64,000 bases of DNA from Longimicrobiales bacterium (GTDB taxonomy: Bacteria > Gemmatimonadota > Gemmatimonadetes > Longimicrobiales > Gaopeijiaceae), in NCBI GenBank assembly GCA_965226375.1, contig CBDDCX010000008.1, positions 64,001-128,000 on the forward strand. Direction: 5' to 3'. Below, piece by piece: positions 47,996 through 58,669 of this stretch; position 1 is the stretch's first letter; each line of letters starts with the position of its first letter. The translations under genes and the position numbers were made by a program. Below the pieces are notes generated by a model, which saw only the letters and a list, made by a program, of their open reading frames with translations, was not told the origin of the DNA and made no database searches.

Positions 47996-50900
47996 ATGAT
48001 GGTACGGCGATGGGTGGTCTTGGTGTTGGCGTTTCTCCTCGGTTCAGTGTCCGCTCTGGTCGCGCAATACGAGCCGTCCGGAGAGAGGGAGAAGAGCGTG
48101 GAGCAGGAGGGCCTGCCCCTGGCGCCCGGTCGGCGTGTCCAGGCGACTCTTACCGAGGGCTCCTGGCTGTCCGTAGACGTGAGTCCGGACGCTGGCACTC
48201 TAGTGTTCGATCTCCTTGGTGATCTCTACACGATGCCTTTCTCGGGAGGCGTTCCCACGCCTCTGACCCAGGGAATGGCGTTCGACGGGCAACCCCGCTT
48301 CAGCCCAGACGGCGAGCGGGTCGTTTATACGTCCGACCGGGACGGTGGCGAGAACGTGTGGATCATATCTCTCGACAAGAGTGACACGGTCCAGGTCACA
48401 GAGGGGAAGGACGCGTCGTACCAGTCACCCGAGTGGACCCCGGACGGAGATTACGTCCTCGCAACCAAACGACCCTCCGGGGTGGGCTCGATTTGGATGT
48501 ACCACGTGGACGGAGGATCCGGGGTCGAGGTGACCAAGGATGATGACGACGGCAACCGGACCACCGGGGCCGCTTTCGGCCCGGACGAGCGCTTCATCTG
48601 GTACGCCCAGCGGACCGGGTCGTGGGAGTACAACTCGGACATGAGCGACTATCAGCTCAGGGTCTACGACCGCGAGACCGGAGAGACGTTCAGCCGCTCG
48701 AACCGGTACGGAGGAGCGATTCGGCCGACTCTGTCGCCCGACGGCCGCTGGCTGGTCTACGCGACCCGTCATGTGGCCGAGACGGCCCTGCGACTGCGCG
48801 ACCTCTCGAACGGTGAAGAGCGTTGGCTCGCTCATCCCGTCCAGAGGGACGACCAGGAGAGCCGCGCGAGTCGGGACGCCTATCCGGGTATGTCCTTCAC
48901 CCCTGACTCTCGAGAGGTGGTGGTCACGTATGGGGGTGGAATCTGGCGAGTCCCCGTAGACGGATCGGAGCCCACCCAGATCAAGTTCGTCGCGGACGTG
49001 AACATCCCCATCGGACCGTCGGTGGACTTCGACTATCCGGTCGACGACTCACCGACCTTTGTCGCGAAACAAATCCGTGACGCGGTCCCATCGTCCGACG
49101 GAAGCCGCCTGGCCTTCACGGTGTTCAGCGCGCTCTACGTCATGGACTATCCCGATGGCACGCCGACCCGCCTGGCCGGCGATGTCGACGCCATGCAGCA
49201 CCACCCGACCTGGTCTCCGGATGGTGAGTGGATCGCCTTCAGCGCATGGCGCGACGATACGCGGGGGAACCTCTACAGGGTCCGCTCGGACGGAGGGGGC
49301 GATGCCGAGCAGCTGACCGAAGACGCGGGTCTCTACAGCACGCCCCAGTGGTCTCCGGACGGAGAGCGGATCCTCGTGGTACGAGGCGCCGCACGGACGT
49401 ATGAGGAGGCGATCGAGCGTGGTTCACCCACGGAGCCACAGGATCTCGTGTGGATTCCGGCCGCCGGGGGTCCCGCCACGCTGGTCACGCCCATGGGTTC
49501 GCTCTCCGCTCCGCACTTCACGAGCGACCCGACCCGCATCTTCGCATATAGCAGCGCCGACGGACTCATCTCCATGAGGTGGGACGGCACCGATCGGAAG
49601 GGACTCGTGAAGGTGACCGGCGGGACCGTTCCCGGGGCGGAGCAGCCACAACGGGCTTCTCTTGTCCTCATGGCTCCGACGGGTGATCAGGCCCTGGCCC
49701 AGGTGGTGCACGATCTCTACGTGGTTACGGTGCCCCGGGTTGGGGGTGAGACGCCCACCATCTCGGTGGGCGATCCTGACAAGGCGTCCTTCCCCGCTCG
49801 CAAGCTTACCGACATCGGGGGCCAATTCCCCACGTGGGCCAGCGACGGTCGGACCGTCCATTGGTCGATCGGCAATGCACACGTGGTCTACGATCTGGAT
49901 GCTGCCGAGGCGTTCGAGGATAGCGTGGCTACAGCGGAACGGGCCGAGGCCGAGGCCGAGGCGGACGAGGAGCCCGCCGACGAAGCCGAAGAAGATGCGG
50001 ACGAGGACGAGGACGACGTGGGCTACGAGCCGACCGAGACCCGCATCCGCATCGAGATCCAGCGGGATTCGCACCAGGACGTCGCGGTCCTTCGTGGAGG
50101 CCGTGTCATCACGATGCGCGGCGAAGAGGTCATCGAGAATGCCGATCTGGTTGTCCGCGGCAACAGAATCGTGTCGGTGGGACCACGAGGTAGCGTTGCC
50201 TTACCCGAGGGTGCCGAGGTCATAGACGTCACGGGCAAGACCGTGGTGCCGGGCTTTGTCGATACCCACGCCCACCTGCGGACCGCGAACGGCTTCCATC
50301 GGGCGCAACCGTGGTCCTATGCGGCGAACCTGGCATATGGCGTAACGACGGCCCGGGACCCGCAGACGGGAACGACGGACGTGCTTTCGTACGAGGATCG
50401 CGTTCGTGCGGGAATGGCACTCGGCCCCAGGATCTACTCGACGGGCCCAGGCGTCTTCAGCTCGGAGCGCATCCAGAGTCTGGACCACGCCCAGGACGTG
50501 CTCAGACGCTACAGCGACTACTACGACACCAAGACCATCAAGATGTATGGGGCGGGTAATAGAGAGCAGCGCCAATGGATCATCGAGGCCGCGCGCGAGC
50601 TGCAACTCATGCCTACCACGGAGGGCAGCCTGGACTTGAAGCTCAACATGACCATGGCCATCGACGGGTACTCGGGCACCGAGCACAATCTTCCGGGCGT
50701 GCCATTGTACGACGATGTCGTGCAGCTCGTGGCACAGTCCCGAATGGCGACCACTCCCACGATGCTGGTCACGTACGGTGGGCCGTGGGGCGAGAACTAC
50801 TACTACGCCACGGAGAACGTTCTCGATGACCAGAAGCTTCGGACGTTCACTCCCTTCGAAGAGATCCAGAGAAAGGCGTTGCGACGTCCGCGACCCGGCC

Positions 50901-51355
50901 CGGGTCCGTCGGGGTGGTTCCACGAGAGCCAGTTCATATTCTCCGAGATATCGGACTTCATCGACGACGTGGTCGAGGCCGGTGGGCGAGCCGGCGTGGG
51001 GAGTCACGGACAACTACAGGGTCTCGGATTTCACTGGGAGATGTGGCTCGTAGGCTCCTCGAGCAACATGACCGAGCACGAGGCCCTGGCCATCGCCACG
51101 CGTATCGGTGCGGAGGCGCTGGGACTCGACCAGGATCTCGGATCCATCGAGCCCGGCAAGCTCGCCGACTTGGTGATCCTCGACGGAAACCCCCTTCAGG
51201 ATCTTCGAAACACGAACACGGTGGATCGGGTCATGAAGAACGGAAGGCTCTACGAAGGCGATTCCCTGGACGAGATCTGGCCTCGAAAGCGGAAGGCGGG
51301 TCCCTTCTACTGGCAGGAAGATGTCCAGCCCGAGACCAGGGCGGGAGTCCGATGA
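47996..51355 (+). CDS. Exported amidohydrolase with N-terminal TolB/PD40 propellers
   Basis: EGSWLSVDVSPD, repeated SPDG, PGFVDTHAH, GSHGQLQG, GSIEPGKLADL. Confidence 0.9.
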   Translation: MMVRRWVVLVLAFLLGSVSALVAQYEPSGEREKSVEQEGLPLAPGRRVQATLTEGSWLSVDVSPDAGTLVFDLLGDLYTMPFSGGVPTPLTQGMAFDGQPRFSPDGERVVYTSDRDGGENVWIISLDKSDTVQVTEGKDASYQSPEWTPDGDYVLATKRPSGVGSIWMYHVDGGSGVEVTKDDDDGNRTTGAAFGPDERFIWYAQRTGSWEYNSDMSDYQLRVYDRETGETFSRSNRYGGAIRPTLSPDGRWLVYATRHVAETALRLRDLSNGEERWLAHPVQRDDQESRASRDAYPGMSFTPDSREVVVTYGGGIWRVPVDGSEPTQIKFVADVNIPIGPSVDFDYPVDDSPTFVAKQIRDAVPSSDGSRLAFTVFSALYVMDYPDGTPTRLAGDVDAMQHHPTWSPDGEWIAFSAWRDDTRGNLYRVRSDGGGDAEQLTEDAGLYSTPQWSPDGERILVVRGAARTYEEAIERGSPTEPQDLVWIPAAGGPATLVTPMGSLSAPHFTSDPTRIFAYSSADGLISMRWDGTDRKGLVKVTGGTVPGAEQPQRASLVLMAPTGDQALAQVVHDLYVVTVPRVGGETPTISVGDPDKASFPARKLTDIGGQFPTWASDGRTVHWSIGNAHVVYDLDAAEAFEDSVATAERAEAEAEADEEPADEAEEDADEDEDDVGYEPTETRIRIEIQRDSHQDVAVLRGGRVITMRGEEVIENADLVVRGNRIVSVGPRGSVALPEGAEVIDVTGKTVVPGFVDTHAHLRTANGFHRAQPWSYAANLAYGVTTARDPQTGTTDVLSYEDRVRAGMALGPRIYSTGPGVFSSERIQSLDHAQDVLRRYSDYYDTKTIKMYGAGNREQRQWIIEAARELQLMPTTEGSLDLKLNMTMAIDGYSGTEHNLPGVPLYDDVVQLVAQSRMATTPTMLVTYGGPWGENYYYATENVLDDQKLRTFTPFEEIQRKALRRPRPGPGPSGWFHESQFIFSEISDFIDDVVEAGGRAGVGSHGQLQGLGFHWEMWLVGSSSNMTEHEALAIATRIGAEALGLDQDLGSIEPGKLADLVILDGNPLQDLRNTNTVDRVMKNGRLYEGDSLDEIWPRKRKAGPFYWQEDVQPETRAGVR

Positions 51356-51834
51356 AGGGCGTGGTCGGTTTAGGGGCGTTTGGCGTGATCGCCTACCTCG
51401 CCTCTGCCGCGATCGCGATAGCCCTCTCGTCCGTGCCGGCGTCCGCCCAAGACTCCGACGTCCAGGGCGCCTGGAACGCGGAAACATACTTCCTGAAGGC
51501 CGGTGCCGAGCACCGAGTGGAGGGTCGGATCTTCTTGACCGAGTCCGACTGGCAGGTCGTGTTCTTCGTGGTCGACGACCAAGGTGAGATCAAGAGGGGG
51601 TCGGCCGAGGGAGGTACATACACGCTCGATGGGGATGCGCTCACCTTCTGGCACCTCCACAATTTCTCTACCGGAGAGGCTATGGAGGGGCTCGAAGAGG
51701 CACCTCTTCGTATGGTCTACCGTGATCTCGAGAACGCGCCCCAGGAGCCGTCCAACGTTTACGTCGAAGGCGACCAGCTCACTTTAGCGTTTCCGTCGGG
51801 AAACAGACTGCTCTTCACCCGGAGTTCGCGATGA
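51352..51834 (+). CDS. Exported hypothetical protein (lipocalin-like beta fold possible)
   Basis: Signal peptide, VQGAW, GGTYTLDGD. ATGA overlaps on both sides. Confidence 0.72.
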   Translation: MKGVVGLGAFGVIAYLASAAIAIALSSVPASAQDSDVQGAWNAETYFLKAGAEHRVEGRIFLTESDWQVVFFVVDDQGEIKRGSAEGGTYTLDGDALTFWHLHNFSTGEAMEGLEEAPLRMVYRDLENAPQEPSNVYVEGDQLTLAFPSGNRLLFTRSSR

Positions 51835-52364
51835 CCACGCTTGTCGAGAGACCTGATGCCGCCGAGCACGAGGCGTACTACAGCACGTACATCGACCAAG
51901 TGCCCGAGGGCGATGTGCTGGAGATGTTGAGCACTCAGATCGAGACGACGCTGGAACTTCTAGAGTCGGTCTCGCCCGAACTGGAGGAGCATCGGTACGC
52001 ACCGGCCAAGTGGTCGGTGCGCGAGGTCGTGGGACACGTCATCGATGCGGAACGCGTCTTCGCCCACCGGGCCTTCACCTTCGCTCGAGCCGATGAGGCG
52101 CCCCTTCTGGGGATGGACCAGAACGACTATGCGGGGGCGTCCAACGCCGCGGATCGGCCCCTCGCGGACCTCTCGGCCGAGCTGGCGGCGGTCCGCGGGG
52201 CGACCTTGGCCCTATTCCGGGGACTTCCCGCCGAGGCATGGACACGTTCCGGCGTGGCGAGCGGCTTCCCGTTCAGCGTGCGCTGTTTCCCCTTCATTAT
52301 CGTGGGTCACGAGATCCATCATCGAAAAGGGCTCGTGGAGAATTATCTGACTCAGGACAGCTAA
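51831..52364 (+). CDS. DinB family protein
   Basis: RYAPAKWSVREVVGHVIDAERVF, GHEIHH. Confidence 0.9.
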   Translation: MTTLVERPDAAEHEAYYSTYIDQVPEGDVLEMLSTQIETTLELLESVSPELEEHRYAPAKWSVREVVGHVIDAERVFAHRAFTFARADEAPLLGMDQNDYAGASNAADRPLADLSAELAAVRGATLALFRGLPAEAWTRSGVASGFPFSVRCFPFIIVGHEIHHRKGLVENYLTQDS

Positions 52365-53536
52365 CTCGTGTAGCGCGCCGCTTCGGTCGCGAGCGATCCG
52401 GGCGTCCTCCAAGCGAACCGTGAGGCCCACGGGTTTTCCTTGCCCTCCACCACGTCGGCCGTGATCTGCCCGAGCATCGGTGCGAACTTGAATCCGTGCC
52501 CGCTGCCGCCGGCGGCTACGACAAGCCCTTCTCGTTCGGGGTCTCGATCGATCCAGAAATCGCCATCCCACGAGTCGCAGTAGAGGCAGAGGCGCCGCTT
52601 GACGATCGGTGTGTCCGCCGTTCCACCCAACGTCTCCTGAAGGAAGTTTCGGAATTTCTCGTCGTTTTCCCGAGGGACCACTTTGTCACTTCGAGGATCG
52701 AGGCGGATTCCGTCGCCGTGATTGGCCACCTTGAGGACTCCATCCGGTTGAATGGGGAAGCCGTACCAGCCCGTGTTCGCGACATCCGCGCTCCACGGGG
52801 GGAACACCGCCGCATGGAAGGGTGCCGGGTCCGTCGGGCGGAAGTGGTAGACGGGCTGCCCCACGCACCAGAGTGCGTCACCCATCCAGGGCAGCAGGGT
52901 GGGCGTCCACGCGCCCGCGGCCACCACCACCACTTCCGCGGTGAACTCCTCCCCGGCCTCTGTGACGATTCCCGAGACGCGAGATCCGTCGTCGCGGAGG
53001 GCTTTCATGGTCTGTCCTTCCACAAGGCGTATACCGGCCGCTCGCGCCTTGCCCAGGAGCCACGACACCACGTTGCCACTCTCCGCCCACCCGGCCCGGC
53101 GGTTGTAGTAGCCGTCCGGATAACGTTCCTCTCTCCAAGTCGGGAACCGACGGGCGAGATCGCCGGGGGCCAATCTCTCCATGGGATGCCCCAGTCCCGA
53201 CAGCACTTCCCAACTGTCGTGCTCGAAGCCACCGGGGCGCATCTCTTCGCGAGCTAGGATGAGATATCCTGTTTCGTGATAGAGCGTGCGTCCGGCCTCA
53301 GCATTCCACTCGTGCCACCTGTCGATGCACTGGCGAACGAGTTTGGCGTAGAACACGTCGGGGCCGTAGTCGGCGCGGATGACCTTGCTGATATCGGTGG
53401 AGCTGGCGTCCGGATGGGGGAGGGGGCCGGGGTCGACCAGTGTCACCGAGTGCCCACGGGTTCGTAGCTCCAGGGCGGCGGTAACTCCGAACACGCCCCC
53501 GCCGACGATGACCACTGAGTTGTGTTCCACGTGCAT
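52361..53536 (-). CDS. FAD-dependent oxidoreductase, sarcosine/pipecolate/fructosyl-amine oxidase family
   Basis: GGGVFG, ASSTDISKVIR, AAGAW, RLCLY (covalent-FAD Cys position), GGSGHGFKF. Confidence 0.88.
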   Translation of the reverse strand: MHVEHNSVVIVGGGVFGVTAALELRTRGHSVTLVDPGPLPHPDASSTDISKVIRADYGPDVFYAKLVRQCIDRWHEWNAEAGRTLYHETGYLILAREEMRPGGFEHDSWEVLSGLGHPMERLAPGDLARRFPTWREERYPDGYYNRRAGWAESGNVVSWLLGKARAAGIRLVEGQTMKALRDDGSRVSGIVTEAGEEFTAEVVVVAAGAWTPTLLPWMGDALWCVGQPVYHFRPTDPAPFHAAVFPPWSADVANTGWYGFPIQPDGVLKVANHGDGIRLDPRSDKVVPRENDEKFRNFLQETLGGTADTPIVKRRLCLYCDSWDGDFWIDRDPEREGLVVAAGGSGHGFKFAPMLGQITADVVEGKENPWASRFAWRTPGSLATEAARYTS

Positions 53537-53638
53537 GAGTCCCTGGAAGGCCGTTGAAGAAATAGCGGGTCGCTGGAGGTCCTGGCTGTATGGCCTTCGA
53601 CGCACGACCTTGCCCAACCTTCTTCGGGGACAGATGTC

Positions 53639-54607
53639 ATGCAACTTCGGATCCTGACTGCGGACGACATCCGCGCCTGCCTGGACATGCGTGGAGCGAT
53701 CGACGCGATGAGGCCGGCCTTCACGCAACTCTCGTCGGGTGATGCCGTGGTACCCGACCGGCTAGGCGTATCTACAGAGAAGGGAGTGAGCCTGTTCATG
53801 CCCGGGTATCTGCCGGAGGGGCGGCACCTAGCGGCGAAGATCGTCTCGGTGTTCACGGGCAACCGAGACCGCGGTCTACCCGTGATCAATGCGGTAGTGT
53901 TGGTCCTGGACAGTGAGACCGGACTACCGCTCGCCCTCATGGACGGGACCTACCTGACCGCCCTGCGGACCGGGGCGGCGAGTGGCTTGGCCACCGAGGT
54001 GCTCTCCCTTGAAGAGGCTTCCATCCTGGCGGTCTTCGGAGCCGGGCCCCAGGCGCGCACCCAAATCGAAGCCATACGTGCGGTTCGGCCCATAAGCGAG
54101 GTCCGGATCTCATCGCTGTCGGTCGCGGAGTCGGAGGTTCTCGCCGGAGAGATCGAGGGAGTCGAGGTGAGCGTAGCCGACGATCCGGGGCGTGCCGTCG
54201 CGGGGGCACATGTGATCGCTACCGCCACCGATAGTCGTCAGCCGGTGTTTCCCGGGGAGCTCGTGGAGGCGGGAGCCCATGTGAACGCGGTGGGGGCGTT
54301 CACCCCCGGCATGAGGGAGCTGGATGCCGTGCTGGTGGGGCGTGCCAAGGTGGTGGTGGATTCCCGGGCGACGGTCATGGCGGAAGCCGGAGATCTTGTT
54401 CAGGCGATCGATGAGGGCGCGTTTTCCCTCGACCGGATTCATGCCGAGCTGGGCCAGGTCGTGAGCGGCGATCGTCCGGGACGTGAGGATCCGCATGAAG
54501 TGACGCTGTTCAAGTCCGTGGGGAGCGCTGCTCAGGACGTAGCGGCCGCCGGTCGGATTCTGGAGGCCGCGGAGCGGAAGGGGCTTGGGGCAACCGTCGA
54601 AATCTGA
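53639..54607 (+). CDS. Ornithine cyclodeaminase / mu-crystallin family protein
   Basis: LTALRTGAASG, GAGPQA, HVNAVGA, TLFKSVGSAAQD. Confidence 0.92.
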   Translation: MQLRILTADDIRACLDMRGAIDAMRPAFTQLSSGDAVVPDRLGVSTEKGVSLFMPGYLPEGRHLAAKIVSVFTGNRDRGLPVINAVVLVLDSETGLPLALMDGTYLTALRTGAASGLATEVLSLEEASILAVFGAGPQARTQIEAIRAVRPISEVRISSLSVAESEVLAGEIEGVEVSVADDPGRAVAGAHVIATATDSRQPVFPGELVEAGAHVNAVGAFTPGMRELDAVLVGRAKVVVDSRATVMAEAGDLVQAIDEGAFSLDRIHAELGQVVSGDRPGREDPHEVTLFKSVGSAAQDVAAAGRILEAAERKGLGATVEI

Positions 54608-54721
54608 CCACCAGGTCGCACGATCCGAGTCAGGGCCTCTCGAAATGTTCTCGCGCCTCGCCGACAAGCGGCCTAACTTGGGCGATGCTGGCCACTCGTT
54701 CCCCCCAAAGACGACCGCCAA

Positions 54722-56087
54722 GTGACCCAAGACGACAACCGCGAGCTCAAGGGATGGGCGCGCTCCATCGATTCCCTCTTCGACGACTCGGAGGCGCGGT
54801 CCGACGACCTGGCGGAGGCCGACTTGGAGCAGGCACCTACCCCGGGGGGCGACCAGCCTGAAGTGGATGAGGTGGAGACACCGGATCACACCCTCGAGTT
54901 CGGTGAGTTCCCGGAGCTCGTGGCTGAGCCGGAGGTCGCCGAGCCAGAGGTGGCTGAGCCGGAGGTCGCCGAGCCAGAGGTGTCCGAGCCAGAGGTGTCC
55001 GAGCCAGAGGTGTCCGAGCCAGAGGTGCCTGAGCCCGAGCTGCCTGAACCTCCGAGCGATGAGGTGCCCGCTGCGGCGGAGCCTGATTCCGACGAGCCCG
55101 AGGAGGAGCCGCGCTCCCCTGTGGAGCTTCAGCTCGAGGCGGCCGTCTCCGGCTATCTGACGGGCACCTCCGAGCAGCGCCCATCACTCGAGGGACCGCT
55201 CCGTGAGGCTGTGGAGGCGGCACGCGCTGCGAACGCGCTCGACGGTCTGGCCAGGGCGATGAACTCTCTTCTGGCCCAGCCGGTCCCCGATCCGAACGCT
55301 GAGACCCTGGCGGTGGACCTCATGAACGCCGCCACTCAAATGCGGATGGCCATCCTTCTCGGGGGCGTTCGGGACGAGCATGAGCGGTCGAACCTCGTGC
55401 AAGCCTACGCCAAGCTCGGCGATCCCATGGCGACTGCCATCGCCGACGCGCTCACCGAGACCGACGATCGCCTGGCGCGGAAGACCTACGTGACGGCTCT
55501 GGTGGCCCTTGGACAGTCCGGCATGCGAGTCGTCGAGGCGATGCTCGAGGACTCACGGTGGTTCGTTGCGCGCAATGGTGTGGCGGTCCTGGGGGAGGTC
55601 GGGGGCGACACGGCCATCGCCCACCTCACTGGTACGCTGGCGCATGAGGACGCGAGGGTGCGTCGGGAGACGGTGCAGTCTCTGGCCAAATTCGGCGGAG
55701 AGGATGCCGCGCTACTGGTTTTGGGCATGCTCAACGATTCGGACCCCGATGTCCGGGCCACCGCGGCTCGAGGTGTCTCGGTCTTGAAGGTGGAGCGGGC
55801 CCACAGACCCCTCATGGACATTCTCGAGAAGGGCGACGAGGATACCGTGGTCGAGCAAGTCGTACGGGCTTTGGGCCAGCTCGGTGATCCCTTTGCCGTC
55901 CCGCTCATCGAGAAGCGGGCTGTGGGGTCTTTCTTCTACAAGCCATCTGTAGAGGTTCGGGTCGCTGCCCTGTCCGCGCTTGCGGCTATCGGTACGCCCC
56001 ACGCCATGAGCGTCGTCGAGGGTGCCACGGACGACAAGGACGCCAAGATCCGTGCGGGTCGTCCAACAGATTCTCTCTGGCAAGTAA
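54722..56087 (+). CDS. HEAT-repeat protein with acidic N-terminal pentapeptide repeats; probable 1-nt frameshift at the extreme C-terminus
   Basis: [28 protein letters not shown] repeats. Removing one G at 56057-56059 gives [10 protein letters not shown] (TAA 56085-56087) and abolishes the overlap with the convergent gene; the ORF track ends at 56218. Confidence 0.78.
54920..55054 (+). repeat. 15-bp coding tandem repeat, ~9 units (V[A/S/P]EPE)
   Basis: VAEPE x4, VSEPE x3, VPEPE, LPEP. Confidence 0.92.
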
Positions 56088-56127
56088 ACCCCGACTCTCG
56101 TAGTCCCTTTCGGGCCCCGTCTCGTAT

Positions 56128-57225
56128 TCAGGCGATTCTCAGCACCCGATTGAGCGTGCGCGCCAGTTTCAGACCCTCCCTGATCTCGTGCCGGAACGAC
56201 GAGAGACGCCCGCCCTGATCCGAGTGTGAGAAGAAGGCCGTGATGGTCGTGTCGACACTCTGTTCTGGCGAGAAGGACGCCTGCATCCGAAGGCTCTCGG
56301 TATATGGAATGAGGTGGTCGTCCTCTCCATGGATGAGGTGGACGGGCGTGCGGATTCCGGCCAGGTAGGGGAGTGGGTTCATCAGGGGCGACGACTCCCT
56401 GACGGCCTCAGCCAGTTTGCTCGCGATGTTTTCCGCTCCGCTCAGGTCGGGCTCATGATCTGACGCAGGAGCGAACAGATCGAACAACACAGTGTGCTCC
56501 GGCGCCACCTGGCTCCTGAGCTCGGTTTTCAGAACGTCGTACGAGGGATCCCAGGCGAGGATGCGCCGCTCCCCGGCCTCCACAGCGAGGCGCCAGAGTG
56601 CCTGCGCGACGTCTTCTGCCTCTCGATACTCGGGAATCGAGGTCAGATGATTACCACCGATGATCCAGCGTCCGTACGGATCAGGGCGGATGCGATGTGT
56701 CACTCCCTCCCATTCGTGCTCCCCCGTCATCTGGAAGCGCACCATCCGTTCCATGTCGCAGTAGCCCCCAAAGCCCACGGCACCTCCCAACTGCTCGGCG
56801 ATGTCGTCGTGGGAAGCCGCGATCATGACCTGGGGGGCGCCGAAGGAGAACCCGATGATTCCGTACGGCCCGTCGTTGGTGGCCTCGAGGTGGCGGAGCC
56901 CGTCCAACGCGCCTCGTACGGTTGGGAGCGTGACCTCCGGGGCCAGACGCAGATTCTTCCACTCGGGCACCTGCGGGACGAGCACGGCGACGCCTGATGA
57001 CGCGAGAGCGCGGACGAAGCGAAGGAGATTCGGGTGGAATCGGCCGGGTCGAGTGATGCCGTGGAGAACGATCCACCCGGGCAAGTTCCGATCGCTCCCC
57101 CGCGGCAGGATGACCGACGCCGGGACCTCTCGGTCGCCCCGATTCAAGACCGTCTCGGACTCGCTCGTGGCGGCCCTGCCGGTGAGCCAGCTCTTGACGG
57201 CTCGGAATGTTCGGACGGTACCCAT
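56128..57225 (-). CDS. Alpha/beta-hydrolase-fold protein
   Basis: VLHG, GFSFG nucleophile elbow, [14 protein letters not shown]. Start chosen to avoid overlap with the divergent gene. Confidence 0.75.
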   Translation of the reverse strand: MGTVRTFRAVKSWLTGRAATSESETVLNRGDREVPASVILPRGSDRNLPGWIVLHGITRPGRFHPNLLRFVRALASSGVAVLVPQVPEWKNLRLAPEVTLPTVRGALDGLRHLEATNDGPYGIIGFSFGAPQVMIAASHDDIAEQLGGAVGFGGYCDMERMVRFQMTGEHEWEGVTHRIRPDPYGRWIIGGNHLTSIPEYREAEDVAQALWRLAVEAGERRILAWDPSYDVLKTELRSQVAPEHTVLFDLFAPASDHEPDLSGAENIASKLAEAVRESSPLMNPLPYLAGIRTPVHLIHGEDDHLIPYTESLRMQASFSPEQSVDTTITAFFSHSDQGGRLSSFRHEIREGLKLARTLNRVLRIA

Positions 57226-57303
57226 GTGCCGGAAGCTACGAGTCGGGCGGAGGGCGCCGCCACCCATCCCCCTGCATGCTTGCGCTGGGCTGGGGGGGCG
57301 AAC

Positions 57304-58575
57304 ATGATCCGACCGATGACCATAGGACGACGGAGCTTTCTTCAGACTGCCGGGGCTGCGGCCCTGGCGTGGCCTCGCGCGATTGCCGCGCTCGGCCGAG
57401 ACCTCCAGGGGGGTGGAGCTCCCGGTGATGAGGAGTTCTGGGATCTCGTCCGCGGCCAGTTCCTCATCCCCAGTGACCGCATCTACCTGAACAACGGGAC
57501 CCTGGGACCCTCTCCCAGCGTGGTCGTCGAGGCGGTCGCTGAGCACACCCGCCGCGTGGCCGCGACCTATCCGCCCGGCGTCCGTTGGGACGACCTCAAG
57601 GGTGCTTTGGGAGCGCTCCTCGATGCCGACCCGGAGGGCTTTGTATTCCCCAGGAATACTACCGAGGCCATGAACTTCGTGGCCAACGGCCTCGAGCTGA
57701 ATACGGGTGACGAGGTGGTCATCACTGACCACGAACACATCGGCGGATACAAGCCCTGGGAGCTGGTGTGCGCTCGTCGCCGAGCCTCGCTGGTGACGGC
57801 TCACCTCCCGACGCCGGCCCGGTCGCCCGGCGAGCTACGGGCTGCCGTGCTGGCGGCCTGCACTCTCCGTACGCGGGTGTTGGCTCTCTCGCACGTCACC
57901 TTCACGACCGGCACCGTGCTGCCCATCGCCGAGCTCGCCCGGGAATGCCGGGACCGGTCGATCATCTTGGCGGTAGATGGCGCGCACCCGCCCGGCATGC
58001 TCCGGGTCAGCCTCCGCGATCTCGGAGGGGACTTCTACGCTTCGTCACCTCACAAGTGGCTCCTCGCTCCTCAGGGGACGGGGCTGCTCTACATGGCGAG
58101 CGACTGGCGGACTCGGCTTTGGCCGACTCTCGCGTCGGGCGGTTGGGACGACCTCGATCTCGGTGCCCATCGCTTCAATCATTTGGGGACCTTCGACGAG
58201 TCGCGCCTTGCCGGCCTCCTGGCGGCCGTCGAATTCCATGGCGTGCTCGGAGTCGACCGCATCGAGGATCGCGTGCGTCACCTCCGCACACTCCTGCAAA
58301 CCGGCCTCGAGGCGTTGCCGGGCGTGGAGATCGCGTCGCCGCAGGGCGAGGAGCTGTCGTCCGCCATGGTGTCGTTCAAGATGGAGGGCGTCGACTCCCT
58401 CGCGCTCCAGAGGCATTTGAGTCGCACAGCCAAGATTCGTACGCGGGTCATCAGCGAGTACGACTACGGTTGGATGCGCCTGTCCACTCACATCTACAAC
58501 CGCCCCGCGGACCTGGACCGAATCCTGGAGCTTCTCGATCGGGTGGGTCGCGAGGGACTGCCGTCCGGTGCGTGA
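57304..58575 (+). CDS. Tat-exported class V PLP-dependent enzyme (isopenicillin-N epimerase/cysteine desulfurase-like)
   Basis: GRRSFLQ Tat motif, YLNNGTLG, RNTTEAMN, VDGAH, SPHKWLLAPQGTG, RLSTHIYN. Confidence 0.88.
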   Translation: MIRPMTIGRRSFLQTAGAAALAWPRAIAALGRDLQGGGAPGDEEFWDLVRGQFLIPSDRIYLNNGTLGPSPSVVVEAVAEHTRRVAATYPPGVRWDDLKGALGALLDADPEGFVFPRNTTEAMNFVANGLELNTGDEVVITDHEHIGGYKPWELVCARRRASLVTAHLPTPARSPGELRAAVLAACTLRTRVLALSHVTFTTGTVLPIAELARECRDRSIILAVDGAHPPGMLRVSLRDLGGDFYASSPHKWLLAPQGTGLLYMASDWRTRLWPTLASGGWDDLDLGAHRFNHLGTFDESRLAGLLAAVEFHGVLGVDRIEDRVRHLRTLLQTGLEALPGVEIASPQGEELSSAMVSFKMEGVDSLALQRHLSRTAKIRTRVISEYDYGWMRLSTHIYNRPADLDRILELLDRVGREGLPSGA

Positions 58576-58669
58576 CGCAACGGGTGGCATACGGAACCGT
58601 GGCCGTCGGACGGGCTACAAGTGCCTGCAAGTCCGGTCGCGCGTATCAATTCTCAAGACAGGGTGGGGG

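Noticed and set aside
54920..55054. CRISPR-like periodicity
   Set aside because: Contiguous 15-bp coding repeats with no spacers; no CRISPR array was found anywhere in the window.
57226..57804. ORF-track N-terminal extension of the alpha/beta hydrolase
   Set aside because: Overlaps the divergent Tat PLP enzyme antisense and is not protein-like.
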